The translations under genes were made by a program, and so were the position numbers. DNA of 61,124 bases, the filler included. It is 5 parts of 5 records of this genome, joined end to end, with 100 filler letters (N's around TTAATTAATTAA, not from the genome) between each part and the next. Parts side by side here need not be neighbours in the genome. Positions count along the whole stretch, not along the records: positions 22,075 to 46,519 come from SRR20825010_1059; 4 more parts are not named here. One strand, given 5' to 3'. Shown here piece by piece: positions 29,029 to 40,021 of the stretch. Numbering within the stretch: position 1 is the first letter of the stretch; every line of letters starts with the position of its first letter. The notes under the pieces were generated by a model. It saw only the letters and a program-made list of their open reading frames with translations. It did not search any database and was not told the origin of the DNA.

Positions 29029-30228
29029 ATGAGGATTTATTCTAGGGCACTTCGTTACCTGTTCTATATCCTTATCTTACCGATTTACTGGCTTGGCCAT
29101 CTCATTCCGCGAAACAATAAACTGTGGTTGTTCGGCAATGCAGAGGGGCGTTTTACAGACAACCCTCGCTATGTGATGGAATTCGTGCGGAAAAAACATC
29201 CTGATATTCGCGCTGTATGGATTTCGCTCAATAGGCAAACTTGTGAGGCTGTGCGTGAACTGGGGTTTGAGTGCCATCCCAAATGGAGCCTGTGGGGGAT
29301 ATGGCTGGGCCTGCGCGCTGGGGCGGGCTTTGGCGCAACTGGGCGCCTGAATCACAACCAAATGACATCTGGCGGAATGTATTTTGTCCAATTATGGCAT
29401 GGAATGCCCCTCAAACGATTGGATGGAAGAATTTTTTTTTGGTGGAAAGGATATGAACCCCGGATCAGAAAAACTCTTGATTGGATTCACGATCACATAT
29501 TTCCCTTTATCGCGCACAACAACTATGATCTCGTAACATCCTCCAGTCCGCTTTGTACCGAACGCTTGGCCGAGGCCTTTCGTATACCAGAGGATCGTTT
29601 CGCGGTCACCGGCTTTGCGCGCGCGGATGTTATTTTGAACAGCTCACCGCCACGCCCTGCCTGCCTCGAGACCATCTCTCCGGAAACACGGGTTATTCTA
29701 TATGCACCGACATTTCGAGAATGGCGGAACGACAAAAGCTGGCATATCACGGAGGAAATGACGGAATTTTCGGCAATGCTGGAACGCCATAATGCCGTGC
29801 TAGTTATCAAAGGACATGCCAACACGGAGTCCTTTATGGGAAACTCTCAAAATAATTCCCGGATTCATCATATCAATACAACAATAGACATAAATTATCT
29901 GTACCCTCACGTGGATGTCGTCGTCGCTGATTATTCCAGCGTTATGTTTGATTATTGCCTTCTGGGGCGCCCCATGGTGTTTTTCGCACCGGACCTAGAC
30001 AATTATCGAGCACAGTGGGGGCTTTATGAAGATTATGCATCTCTTAGCGAAGGACGCTATGCACGTAGCTGGGAAGAATTATGCGTGGAGCTAGATACGT
30101 GTCTTGGTGGCGAGAACGACTGGTACCGTGAACGCACACGGAGGCTGAATGCTCGTGCCAATGCCTTTAACGATCAGGGAAATTGCGCCCGTATCGTGTC
30201 TGCCGTACGCAAAAGGCTGCATGTGTGA
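29029..30228 (+). CDS. CDP-glycerol glycerophosphotransferase (TagF-like)
   Basis: FTDNPRY, QLWHGMPLK, ILYAPTFR, DYSSVMFDY, FFAPDL. Confidence 0.9.
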   Translation: MRIYSRALRYLFYILILPIYWLGHLIPRNNKLWLFGNAEGRFTDNPRYVMEFVRKKHPDIRAVWISLNRQTCEAVRELGFECHPKWSLWGIWLGLRAGAGFGATGRLNHNQMTSGGMYFVQLWHGMPLKRLDGRIFFWWKGYEPRIRKTLDWIHDHIFPFIAHNNYDLVTSSSPLCTERLAEAFRIPEDRFAVTGFARADVILNSSPPRPACLETISPETRVILYAPTFREWRNDKSWHITEEMTEFSAMLERHNAVLVIKGHANTESFMGNSQNNSRIHHINTTIDINYLYPHVDVVVADYSSVMFDYCLLGRPMVFFAPDLDNYRAQWGLYEDYASLSEGRYARSWEELCVELDTCLGGENDWYRERTRRLNARANAFNDQGNCARIVSAVRKRLHV

Positions 30229-31654
30229 TGGGAAGGATGGGGCAATATCTGAGAGAGATGAGGTTCGTGGCACAATGACAGCCCCATATATGCAAGAATA
30301 CCGTCCCCCCATTACACTAGAGCGACAAGAGAAGACCGTTTCCATCGCTGCCATTATGGCAATAATCGTCGTTTCCGGTACGATCATCGGCAGCGCTGGC
30401 TGGATGCAGATGTATTCCTTCGCCGCGCCAGCCCTTGCGGCTTTGGTCGGTTTGCTGTTCGGCGGCTTGCATCGTCGCGCTATTTTTATTGCCGCGCTAT
30501 TATTCGCCAATGCTCTTATCGGCCTTTTGTTGTCACAAGATGCCTTAATGATCAACGTGCTGGTCTGGACTCTAACGCATAGTTCTCTCCTTTTGCTGTT
30601 GGTAAATTTCCGGATGTCTGAGCTGATTCTATGCCGCGTTATACGTTTCTTATGCGTTATTCTTGTCATCGAATCGGTAATTGGTATCGGACAATTTCTT
30701 ATCATCAATGGTTTGGGATCTTTTTACCATATGGCAGCTGGTGATTATGTAACCGGTACGTTAGGGCGATCGGGTGCCGGAAATTCCATTTCATTCACTT
30801 TGTTGATAACCATTCTATTGTGCTACATCTGGAGCGCGAAAAAGTTCTTTCTGGGCGGTTGGGCGCAAATCCGCCTGATAGCGCTGGTTATCGTGCCTTT
30901 GACCATCATTTTGGCCTCGAATATCCACCAACTTATAGCAACAATCGCAGGAATTAGCCTGTTCGCCATTCATGACACCCGGGGAAAGCATCACGCCCGA
31001 CGGTTATGGGTCATGATTGTTTCAGCCATTGCGATCCTGTTCGGATGGCTGACGTTTTCCTTTCTTCAAGCGGATAATGTCGGGTATGCATCTCTTTTGG
31101 TCAACCGCACCCTCCAAACCATACAGGGTGATAGCCCAGTCGCCATTCGCAAAATTGTCGGGTTGAAGAATACCTTGGTTAGCCTGCCGGAAATGAATGC
31201 AGCGGCACCCGTGGTCGGGGTCGGGCCGGGACAGTATTCAAGCCGCGCAGCCTTAATCATGTCGGGAAGTTACCTTGATAGTGGGTTCCTGTTTGCGCCA
31301 CAATCGACTACATATACGCAAAACCTTATCACCCCCTTATGGAACAGATTTATTTATACACAAAACTATCAAAACGGAAACGCCAATATGCCGTTTTCGA
31401 CGGTTCAGAGCATTTATGCAGAATTTGGCATTCCCATATTTTTATTTGTTGTCATTGGAACCTATATGTATTTCAGGAAACGACTTTCCTTGAATACCCC
31501 AACGGCAAAAGGAGAGTTTCTTTCCTATAGCATCTTCCTGTTTGTCTGTTTCTTTGACAATTATCTGGAGTTCCCAAAAGCTGCCTCCATGGCAATGCTG
31601 CTCTGGCTTTTGGCAAGACAAACCTATCCTCATGCGCATTCTCATCCTTCATAA
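30221..31654 (+). CDS. Polytopic membrane protein, putative Wzy polymerase
   Basis: About 10 hydrophobic segments, GVGPGQY periplasmic loop, AEFGI; position inside polysaccharide operon; start uncertain. Confidence 0.6.
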   Translation: MCDGKDGAISERDEVRGTMTAPYMQEYRPPITLERQEKTVSIAAIMAIIVVSGTIIGSAGWMQMYSFAAPALAALVGLLFGGLHRRAIFIAALLFANALIGLLLSQDALMINVLVWTLTHSSLLLLLVNFRMSELILCRVIRFLCVILVIESVIGIGQFLIINGLGSFYHMAAGDYVTGTLGRSGAGNSISFTLLITILLCYIWSAKKFFLGGWAQIRLIALVIVPLTIILASNIHQLIATIAGISLFAIHDTRGKHHARRLWVMIVSAIAILFGWLTFSFLQADNVGYASLLVNRTLQTIQGDSPVAIRKIVGLKNTLVSLPEMNAAAPVVGVGPGQYSSRAALIMSGSYLDSGFLFAPQSTTYTQNLITPLWNRFIYTQNYQNGNANMPFSTVQSIYAEFGIPIFLFVVIGTYMYFRKRLSLNTPTAKGEFLSYSIFLFVCFFDNYLEFPKAASMAMLLWLLARQTYPHAHSHPS

Positions 31655-32822
31655 TACTTACCAGCACCCCGGTGGCGAGGACACCGTCGTCGCAACAGAG
31701 AGCGCGCTGCTTTCGCGTGGCGGACATAACGTGCATGTGGAGATAGTCTCGAATGACGCCATCGCGGGGCTTGTCGCCAAAGCGCGCGCTTTTCTCGACA
31801 CGCCTCATGACGCCTCACGCAAGGAATGGGTGCATAATCTCATCGTGCACCACGCACCCGATATCGTCCACGTTCATAATTTCTTTCCGCTGCTTACCCC
31901 CGCCATTCACGAAGCCGCGAGCGAGCGAAAAATTGCTGTTGTGCAGACTCTACATAATTACCGCCTGCTCTGCGCCGGAGCGCTTTTTATGCGTGGGGGC
32001 AGCGGATGTGAGAAATGCCTTCATGGAAGCAATCTCTGGGGTGCTGTTCACCGCTGTTATCGCGGCTCGCTGCCCGGTTCACTAGCTGTCATTCGTATGC
32101 AGAATCGTGCGCGCCATGCAGAAACATGGCGCCGTCATGTGCATCGTTTTATCGCATTGACGGAATTTGCGCGCGAAAAGTTCACGGTGGGCGGGTTGCC
32201 CGCTGACCGCATTGCCGTCAAACCCAATTTCACCAGTGATCCCGGCGTATTCGCGTCGGAACAGCGGAAGGGTGCGCTTTTTGTCGGTCGCCTGTCTCCG
32301 GAAAAAGGCATTGATGTATTGGTCAATGCGTGGGAAAGCCTGCAGCATATTCCTCTGACCATAATCGGTGATGGACCTGAATACGCCCGGCTTGCAGCTA
32401 TAGCCCCTGCGCATGTCCAATTTCTTGGTAGCTTGAGGCAGCAAGAAGTGTGCAACCATATGCTGCGCGCGCAAGCATTGATCATGCCCTCTTTGTCGTA
32501 TGAAGGGTTTCCGATGACCATCGCAGAAGCCTTTTCCTGTTGCCTTCCGATTATCGCCTCCCGGCTTGGTGCCATGGCGGAATTAATCGAAGACGGCGTC
32601 ACAGGCCGACACTTTGCCCCAGGCGACGCCGCCGATCTTGCTACCGCCACCGCACAACTATTTAGCGATCCGTTCTCTTTGGCGCGTATGGGTGCCGCAG
32701 CACGTGCTATATATGATCGCCTCTATACCCCAGAACGGAATCTGGCGCTTTTAGAAAATATCTACACAGAGGCAATATACGAAATGCGTGGCAATCATAT
32801 TTCCATGAGCAGTGATTGTTAA
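31632..32822 (+). CDS. Glycosyltransferase family 4
   Basis: HNTYQHPGGE, HVHNFFP, FVGRLSPEKG, YEGFPMTIAEA. Confidence 0.92.
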   Translation: MRILILHNTYQHPGGEDTVVATESALLSRGGHNVHVEIVSNDAIAGLVAKARAFLDTPHDASRKEWVHNLIVHHAPDIVHVHNFFPLLTPAIHEAASERKIAVVQTLHNYRLLCAGALFMRGGSGCEKCLHGSNLWGAVHRCYRGSLPGSLAVIRMQNRARHAETWRRHVHRFIALTEFAREKFTVGGLPADRIAVKPNFTSDPGVFASEQRKGALFVGRLSPEKGIDVLVNAWESLQHIPLTIIGDGPEYARLAAIAPAHVQFLGSLRQQEVCNHMLRAQALIMPSLSYEGFPMTIAEAFSCCLPIIASRLGAMAELIEDGVTGRHFAPGDAADLATATAQLFSDPFSLARMGAAARAIYDRLYTPERNLALLENIYTEAIYEMRGNHISMSSDC

Positions 32823-33043
32823 TTTTTGCCGAGAAGCGACCCAGGTTTTCTATCCGCTTTTTTTGGGCATTTATGAGCAATTATTTGGTCCCAGCAGGAA
32901 CAATGATTACCGATCCCCGGTCTCCGTAACATCGCTTGCACAGGGCAACCCACATCTGTCACAATAGTTGTCGGTAAGGTTGCACTGTCGATCTTATCCC
33001 CCTGAAACTTTTTAACAATAAAATTTGATCAGGTTCTTGTTAC

Positions 33044-34010
33044 ATGATTATTTCCGCAAGGAACGGTATAAACTTGGAGTATGCGAACAAGTCGGCCAGA
33101 TTTGTTTTTATCTTCTGGTACCCATCACAATTATTCTTGCTGGACTTTTTTTTGAGCAGGAATTTTCTCCCCCCTCCTCAATCTCCTGATCGGGAATATG
33201 GGTTTACCTGCGGTTTTCGAAGCCGATTTGACAGCTGGTATAAAAAATATAGATTATTCAATTTTGCCGAATTTTGGACTCATACTAAAATTTATGCCCT
33301 CTACACGATGAACTATGCACCAACGGTGTTCCTGTTCATGTGTATTACTGCTCCCAACACGCGAAGCTGGAGGGCGCAATTGTTATTCTTTGCCTTCTTC
33401 GTTGCCGCCGTTTTGTTAACTATCTTTATTGCCAAAACCCGCTCTACCATGATCGCTTTAACCATCTATATGACATCGTAGCTTATTTCACGATTCCAAG
33501 ATGAATACCCAAGCGCCATAGCAAGATTATGTTCTGGATATACGGTGTCTATCTGGTATGCTTTTTGCTTGTTATTTCTGGTATCCTGTAGAATTGTATG
33601 ATATGTTTTTTCAATTTCGTGTAGGCAGGTCTCGTGCTAGACTACCGTTATATACTTTGGGCTTTGAGATGGCTTTCGCTGAGCATCCCATACTTGATTT
33701 TAGCGTCAAGGACGCAGAAGGTGTAAGTGGATTTCATTCCACCTTTGTTAATTTATTCTATCGCACCAGCATTGTCGGATTTCCGTGCTGCACTTTGTTC
33801 CAGCTTTTAGTAGTTTGGGTACTTGCCAATTCTCGAGCAAGAAAATTCGGCTCCAGCATTGCGGCGGGTGTGTTTTCTATGCTGTTCATTCTTATTGTTG
33901 ATGACTTGGAAACCAATTCGCTTATCTGCTTCCTTTACTTCATCATGATCGCCCACGTCCCCCGCAGGTCGGAGGACGTGGGTGAGAACCAATGCACCTC
34001 TTTCCATTAG
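33044..34010 (+). pseudogene. Fragmented membrane-protein gene, probably an O-antigen ligase/polymerase remnant
   Basis: Two hydrophobic ORFs in different frames (33044-33481, 33558-34010); KTRSTMIAL and FHSTFVNLFY resemble ligase motifs; AT-rich. Confidence 0.5.
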
Positions 34011-34030
34011 ACCTGTTGCAAGGATTGATA

Positions 34031-35065
34031 ATGACACAAAACATCCTCGTTACAGGAGGAGCGGGATATATTGGTTCGCATACGACCCTCTGCCTGCTTG
34101 AGGCAGGGTTTGGCGTAGTCGCCTTGGATAATCTTTGTAACAGTTCGCATGAATCTTTGCGGCGGGTAGAGAAGATTTGTGGTCAGGCCCCTATTTTTGT
34201 TGAGGGCGATGTCCGTGATAGGGAATTGTTGGACAAGGTATTTTCTAACCATGATATCAGCGCAGTACTACATTTTGCGGGCCTGAAAGCTGTAGGAGAA
34301 AGCGTTCATCAACCGCTTCGTTATTACGAAAACAATGTGGCTGGAAGTATCAATCTGTGCCAAGCAATGGCACGCGCAGGCGTGTTTACGCTGGTATTCA
34401 GCTCCTCTGCCACAGTTTATGGTGAACCTGAAACAATGCCAATCCGGGAGAATTTCCCCTCTGGACGACCAACCAATCCTTATGGACGTTCAAAGCTCAT
34501 CGTCGAAGACACCCTTGGTGATCTGGCTGCATCAGATACACGTTGGTCATTCGGTGTGCTTCGATATTTCAACCCGGTCGGTGCTCATGAAAGCGGCCTT
34601 ATCGGTGAACATCCCCAAGGCCCCCCCAACAATCTGCTCCCTTATATCAGTCAGGTCGCCATTGGAAAGCGTAAGTCATTAACAGTATTTGGCAACGACT
34701 ACCCAACATTAGATGGTACAGGCGTACGGGATTATATCCACGTCGTGGATCTGGCACGGGGTCACCTGAAAGCATTGCAAGCGCTATCCAACCGTCGCGG
34801 AATAAACATATGGAACCTCGGCACAGGCAAAGGCTTCTCTGTATTGCAGGTGGTACAGGCGTTCGAGCAGGCTGCAGGTAAGAAAGTGCCTTATACTATA
34901 GCACCAAGGCGAACGGGTGACATTGCCGAATGCTGGGCAGATCCAACGAAAGCCCGGAATGAATTGGGTTGGCAAGCGGAGTATAACCTGGACCGGATGA
35001 TGATTGACACTTGGCGCTGGCAATCACAAAATCCTGATGGCTTTAATCGCGGCGCAAGAACGTAA
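34031..35065 (+). CDS. galE: UDP-glucose 4-epimerase
   Basis: ILVTGGAGYIGSH, HFAGLKAVGES, SSSATVYG, YGRSK, LRYFNPVGAH, RDYIHV. Confidence 0.96.
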   Translation: MTQNILVTGGAGYIGSHTTLCLLEAGFGVVALDNLCNSSHESLRRVEKICGQAPIFVEGDVRDRELLDKVFSNHDISAVLHFAGLKAVGESVHQPLRYYENNVAGSINLCQAMARAGVFTLVFSSSATVYGEPETMPIRENFPSGRPTNPYGRSKLIVEDTLGDLAASDTRWSFGVLRYFNPVGAHESGLIGEHPQGPPNNLLPYISQVAIGKRKSLTVFGNDYPTLDGTGVRDYIHVVDLARGHLKALQALSNRRGINIWNLGTGKGFSVLQVVQAFEQAAGKKVPYTIAPRRTGDIAECWADPTKARNELGWQAEYNLDRMMIDTWRWQSQNPDGFNRGART

Positions 35066-35076
35066 AGAATGCAGCT

Positions 35077-36504
35077 TTAACGGAGCAATCTGTTTTCACC
35101 AGAAAAGCTCTGCCCCCATCCCAAAGCAACAAGAAACATGAAGCAGATCCCAGTCGCAGGCATCTGCACACTGAAATCCACAAAACTATGTGCAGCAACC
35201 GTCAGACAGGAAGCCACACCTGCAATCGGATAAATCTGGTCACGATGTCGAGAAACAAGACCAGATGCATTTTTTATGAAAACCACAACAAACATAATCA
35301 AAAACATCAACAGCGTGAAAAAACCGGCACCAAAAGCAAATTCCAGATAGCTGTTATGTGTCAAGTCCCACGTGGCCCAAGCGACATTCTGTTGTTTGAA
35401 TTGGCGAAATCCGGGTTCAAAGGCGCCATAGCCATAGCCTGTCACCGGTGACAATTTAATACCTTCGATTGTCCGGTCATAGACAGCAAAACGAATTGCC
35501 TGATCATTTTCAGTTTTTTCAAACCGTTGATCCAAAGTATCACCGCTAAACCAGTAACCGGCAATCAACAGGCAAACGATCCCTCCCACAGACCATCCGG
35601 CAATCTTGCGGGGCAGAATCCGCGCAACAAAAAGACCAATCAGAACAGCCAGCAGACCAATCATACCACTGGCAAAACCAGCTCGCGAATGCGTCAGCAT
35701 CAAAGCAGTCCCAGTGGTTACCCCCCCCAAGATCGGCAACCATGCCTTTTTCATCACCCCATCCATCATTCGCCGGAGCATTTCACGGCCTGTATTGCCC
35801 TTTCGCAAATCATGGGCAAGCACATTCACAAACATGACAACTGACGCAATGAGCCCCATTGCCGCATAGGTGGCATAACTGTTTCGGTTAATAAATGTGC
35901 TGGTCAAATCCCTTCGATAAGCACTTTTGTCATACCAAAGGATTTTCTCCCAACCGCCGAAAAACACGGCAAGGCCGTAAATCGCATAAACAGTCGAAAC
36001 AATAACGAAGAACTTCAACATGATTGCCGCATTCCCACGGTCCCGCCCGTACCGCGCGGCAAGCCAGAATACACCAGCATAGGCAAGCAGCACCATCAAG
36101 GCATCGCGCGTAAGTTCCGGATCAATCGAAACATATGCCGCCATATCTCGGCCAAGCTGCGCTGCCGCCTCGCCCCACATCGGATGGGCTGCGGCGGGTA
36201 AAATATCCGGGGTGGCCTGGATCACAATCCAGATGACAACGGGAATAAAAAGAACTGCCGGAATGGCAATACGTTTCATAAACCGGCTTTCGCCGCGAAC
36301 CGGGTCGGCAAATGCCGCAATGGCATCCAGCAAAACAAGAATGCCGACCCACAGGGAGAGAATGGACCATGCCCACGGCCGGTTCGAACCAAACGGCAAA
36401 GGCGCAATCGCAATCAGGGCAAGCAACCCGTAAAACACAAACCGGCGTACAAAATTCACGTCCCTGTTCCTTTCCCCATCCCTATACTCTTGTCGTATAT
36501 CCAT
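35077..36504 (-). CDS. O-antigen ligase family membrane protein
   Basis: PLPFGSNRPW, TFINRNSYA, THSRAG, GYGYGAF, HNSYLE, HSFVDFSVQMP. Confidence 0.88.
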   Translation of the reverse strand: MDIRQEYRDGERNRDVNFVRRFVFYGLLALIAIAPLPFGSNRPWAWSILSLWVGILVLLDAIAAFADPVRGESRFMKRIAIPAVLFIPVVIWIVIQATPDILPAAAHPMWGEAAAQLGRDMAAYVSIDPELTRDALMVLLAYAGVFWLAARYGRDRGNAAIMLKFFVIVSTVYAIYGLAVFFGGWEKILWYDKSAYRRDLTSTFINRNSYATYAAMGLIASVVMFVNVLAHDLRKGNTGREMLRRMMDGVMKKAWLPILGGVTTGTALMLTHSRAGFASGMIGLLAVLIGLFVARILPRKIAGWSVGGIVCLLIAGYWFSGDTLDQRFEKTENDQAIRFAVYDRTIEGIKLSPVTGYGYGAFEPGFRQFKQQNVAWATWDLTHNSYLEFAFGAGFFTLLMFLIMFVVVFIKNASGLVSRHRDQIYPIAGVASCLTVAAHSFVDFSVQMPATGICFMFLVALGWGQSFSGENRLLR

Positions 36505-36676
36505 GCTCTACCCATCTGATCAAGTCGGAATAAAGCGAGCCAGCCTGCAACCTTACAAATTCCGATCAAAATTCGATCAAATCGCGGTTGTGAATGGTTG
36601 CTGCCAGTCAACAAATTCCGTATAGCTTTCGCCTTCGTGCCGCATCATATACAAGCGGTTACGTTGGGGTCGAAAT

Positions 36677-38986
36677 ATGGGGGCCGTTTTGAACAGCACG
36701 ACCAAGGTCAGTTCCGTGATGGATAGCAGCGCGCGTGAACATAACAAATCACGCCTGAAAAGCCTGACCGATCGCATTTCTCAGCAAGGCAACAGTGACG
36801 AAATCGATCTGCAGGAACTGTTGCGCACATTGTGGCGGCGCAAATCTGTTATTTTTTCCGTCGTCGCCATCCTGACGGCACTCACAACCCTGATCGTGTT
36901 TCAGGTCGCCCCGCGTTATACCGCAACCACCAACGTTATTATCGATGGACGTAAATCCAACGTTGTCGATATCGAAAGCGTGATGACGGGCATGTCCGCC
37001 GAAATGGGCGCACTGCTAAGCGAGGTAGAGGTTATCCATTCCTCCTCGTTGATCCGGCGCGTGGTCGAAAAGCTGAAACTGGAGCAGGACCCGGAATTCA
37101 ATGTCGAGATTGCCAAAAAATCGTGGATGGCATCGCTGCTTGATCCCGAAAGCTATGTTCCGCGCGATGTTCTGGTATCACTTGGCCTTACGGAAAACGA
37201 GATTCTGCTAAGCGAGGACGAACTCACCGAACAAACGACCAACCGTGTCGTCAAAGCCGTTCAGGAACAGCTCGAAGTCGGCATCGTCGGCCGGTCCCAG
37301 GTCATTGCAATCAACTTCACCTCCACCAATGCGCGCAAGGCTTCGCTGATCGCGAACACCATCGCCGACCAGTATATCGTCGATCAGCTTGAAGCAAAGT
37401 TCGAGGCAACCCGCCGGGCAACATCATGGCTGAATGATCGCCTCGGTGATTTGCGCGAGCGCGTCGAAACAACCGAACGCGCAGTCGAGGATTACCGCGA
37501 GACAATTGCGGCAAGCTCAGGCCAAAGCAGTTCGATGACGCAACAACAGATATCGGAACTGAACTCGCAACTGATTCTTGCCCAGGCCGACCGGGCAGAA
37601 GCCCAGGCACGCCTGAATCAGGTGCAGCGCCTGCTCAGCAGCAGTTCGGATCTGGCATCGGCAGCCGAAGTGCTGAATTCGCAACTGATCCAGCGCCTGC
37701 GTGATCAGGAAGCCGAGGTACTGCGCAAGGTATCCGAACTTGAATCGCGTTATGGTGACAGACATCCGCAAATGATCAAGGCGCGCGCAGAACTCACCGA
37801 CCTGCGTGCCTCAATCGAGCGCGAGGTCCGTAAAATCGCACAAAGCCTGCGAAACGAAATGGGTGTTGCCGATGCGCGCGTCGCCACCCTGCGCCAAAGC
37901 CTTGGACAGCTCGAAACCAAAAACAGCTCCCAAAATCAGGCTGAAGTTCGCCTGCGCGAACTCGAACGCGAAGCAAATGCCAACCGCCTGCTTTATGAAA
38001 ACTTCCTGAACCGGTTCAAGGAAACGAACAACCAGGAAGATCTCCAGCAAGCAGATGCCCGCATCATTGCCCGCGCAGAAGTCCCGGTTGATCCATCTGC
38101 GCCAAAGAAAAAACTGATCATTGCGGTTGCGCTTGTCGGTTCAATGTTCCTTGGCGTTGTTCTGGTCTTTGTTCTCGAGCAGCTTGACAATACCTTCCGC
38201 GGTGCCGAACAGATCGAACAGATGACCGGTATACCCGCAATTGGCATGGTCCCGCTTTTAACCGGGACACTTTTGGGGCGGACCGATGTCGGACGATATC
38301 CGACACAAAAACCCGGATCTGCAACAACGGAATCCGTTCGCAGCCTCAGAACTTCATTAATGCTGTCAAATGTCGATGCACCGCCCAAGGTGGTTGGAAT
38401 TACCTCAACGGTCCCGTCCGAAGGAAAATCAACCCTCGCCGCATGGCTCGCACAGGTTGCCGCAACTTCCGGACAACGTGTCCTGCTCGTCGATTGCGAC
38501 TTGCGCCGCCCGACCGTGCATCGCACCTTTGGCGTCAGCAATGAAAACAGTATCGTCGAGCTTCTGGCAAATGAGTGCTCGCTGGATCAGGCAATCAAGA
38601 AAGATCCGGAAAGCGGCATTTATGTACTTCCGGCCAAGAACACGCAGGCAAATGCACTTGATCTTCTGTCTTCAAGCCACATGGCTGAAAACCTCAAGGC
38701 ACTTCGCGCGCATTTCGATTTCATCGTACTTGACGCGCCACCTATTCTTGCCGTTTCTGACGCAAAGGTCATCGGCCTGATGGCTGACAAGATGCTTTAC
38801 GTTGTAAAATGGGACGGCACTCCTCGTGCACTGGTACAATCCGGGTTAAAGGAAACGGTTGAAGCGGGTATCGACCTTGCCGGAACGGTTCTTAGCCAGG
38901 TGAATGTGAAAAAACATTCCAAATATGGCTATGGCGATTACGGATATTATTATGGTCGTTACAAAGACTATTATTCGAGCAAATAA
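36677..38986 (+). CDS. wzc: Polysaccharide co-polymerase / BY-kinase (Wzc/GumC/ExoP type)
   Basis: Wzz-like N-terminus, coiled coil, Walker A STVPSEGKST, DCDLRRP, C-terminal Tyr cluster YGYGDYGYYYGRYKDYY. Confidence 0.94.
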   Translation: MGAVLNSTTKVSSVMDSSAREHNKSRLKSLTDRISQQGNSDEIDLQELLRTLWRRKSVIFSVVAILTALTTLIVFQVAPRYTATTNVIIDGRKSNVVDIESVMTGMSAEMGALLSEVEVIHSSSLIRRVVEKLKLEQDPEFNVEIAKKSWMASLLDPESYVPRDVLVSLGLTENEILLSEDELTEQTTNRVVKAVQEQLEVGIVGRSQVIAINFTSTNARKASLIANTIADQYIVDQLEAKFEATRRATSWLNDRLGDLRERVETTERAVEDYRETIAASSGQSSSMTQQQISELNSQLILAQADRAEAQARLNQVQRLLSSSSDLASAAEVLNSQLIQRLRDQEAEVLRKVSELESRYGDRHPQMIKARAELTDLRASIEREVRKIAQSLRNEMGVADARVATLRQSLGQLETKNSSQNQAEVRLRELEREANANRLLYENFLNRFKETNNQEDLQQADARIIARAEVPVDPSAPKKKLIIAVALVGSMFLGVVLVFVLEQLDNTFRGAEQIEQMTGIPAIGMVPLLTGTLLGRTDVGRYPTQKPGSATTESVRSLRTSLMLSNVDAPPKVVGITSTVPSEGKSTLAAWLAQVAATSGQRVLLVDCDLRRPTVHRTFGVSNENSIVELLANECSLDQAIKKDPESGIYVLPAKNTQANALDLLSSSHMAENLKALRAHFDFIVLDAPPILAVSDAKVIGLMADKMLYVVKWDGTPRALVQSGLKETVEAGIDLAGTVLSQVNVKKHSKYGYGDYGYYYGRYKDYYSSK

Positions 38987-38989
38987 TCG

Positions 38990-39676
38990 ATGAAACGCTC
39001 CATTTTGCGCCGACTGCCTGCCTGTATCGGGCTGGTCGGCGCGGCTTTTCTCATCTGGCTTGCCGTTCCGCGTACTTTTGCCTCCATCATGCTCGCGGTT
39101 TCCAAACCGGCATACGAGCAGATCAATAATCCCGCCCTTCCATTGGCCGATATCGCGCAACTGAAAGACCGCTTGCTCCGCGTGATTGACTGGGTCGACG
39201 AACGTGAAGTGCAAACGCGTCTCGGTTATGTCGAACTCGCCCTTGCTGCGCGGGCAGAAAATGAAGCAGAACGGCAGAACCATCTTGCTCTGGCCGAAAC
39301 CGCCTTTGAAAATGCCATCGCCCATTCGCCGATGGATCCGTTTTCATGGGCACGGCTTTGCTACATCAGGCTGCAAACCGATGGTGCTGAGGACGGAACA
39401 GCAATGCAGGCGCTATCAACATCGCTTGTCACCGGCCCTTACGAAAGATCCCTTGCAATTTCACAGATCGAATATGCCGCAATCCTGTGGGATCAACTTT
39501 CCGAAGACGATCGGAAAACCATCGAGGAAAAAGTGCGCTCGATCGAAACACTTGAACGCCGCGATCTGATTGCGCTCGCAAAGCAAAATCCCAAAACGAT
39601 GACACTCGTCATACGTGCCATGGCGGATGGCGATATTGACCGCTTCACCCGTTTTATTGTCCAGCTGAATAAGTAA
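38990..39676 (+). CDS. Membrane-anchored TPR-like helical protein (VpsP-like by position and motif)
   Basis: N-terminal TM; AIAHSPMDPFSWARL, ALSTSLVTGPYE; immediately after wzc. Confidence 0.6.
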   Translation: MKRSILRRLPACIGLVGAAFLIWLAVPRTFASIMLAVSKPAYEQINNPALPLADIAQLKDRLLRVIDWVDEREVQTRLGYVELALAARAENEAERQNHLALAETAFENAIAHSPMDPFSWARLCYIRLQTDGAEDGTAMQALSTSLVTGPYERSLAISQIEYAAILWDQLSEDDRKTIEEKVRSIETLERRDLIALAKQNPKTMTLVIRAMADGDIDRFTRFIVQLNK

Positions 39677-40021
39677 TCTGCCACATAGCTGCTCGGACAA
39701 AGCCGCATACAGACGAAAGTTGTTGTAACCCGGCTAAACCTCTGTCCGAATCACCTCGCACTTTTGCAACTTTCCAAAATCAAAATCCAACCCTGAAGCG
39801 CCAAATACCAACAAACCTGCAACCATTTGACATGATTGAAGACTGAAAAAAGCCACACATGTGGCGCAAATAACGCATATACGCCTGTTTCCATCAGATT
39901 TTCGCCATAAACCGCAAAGAATGCTTTGCCGGTTATTTTGGAACCGGATAGTATCTAACCAAGTAGATAGGGTCGGTTCCTGTGTCGGGAACTGAATAAG
40001 GTTTTCGAAGGGAGATGTGCT

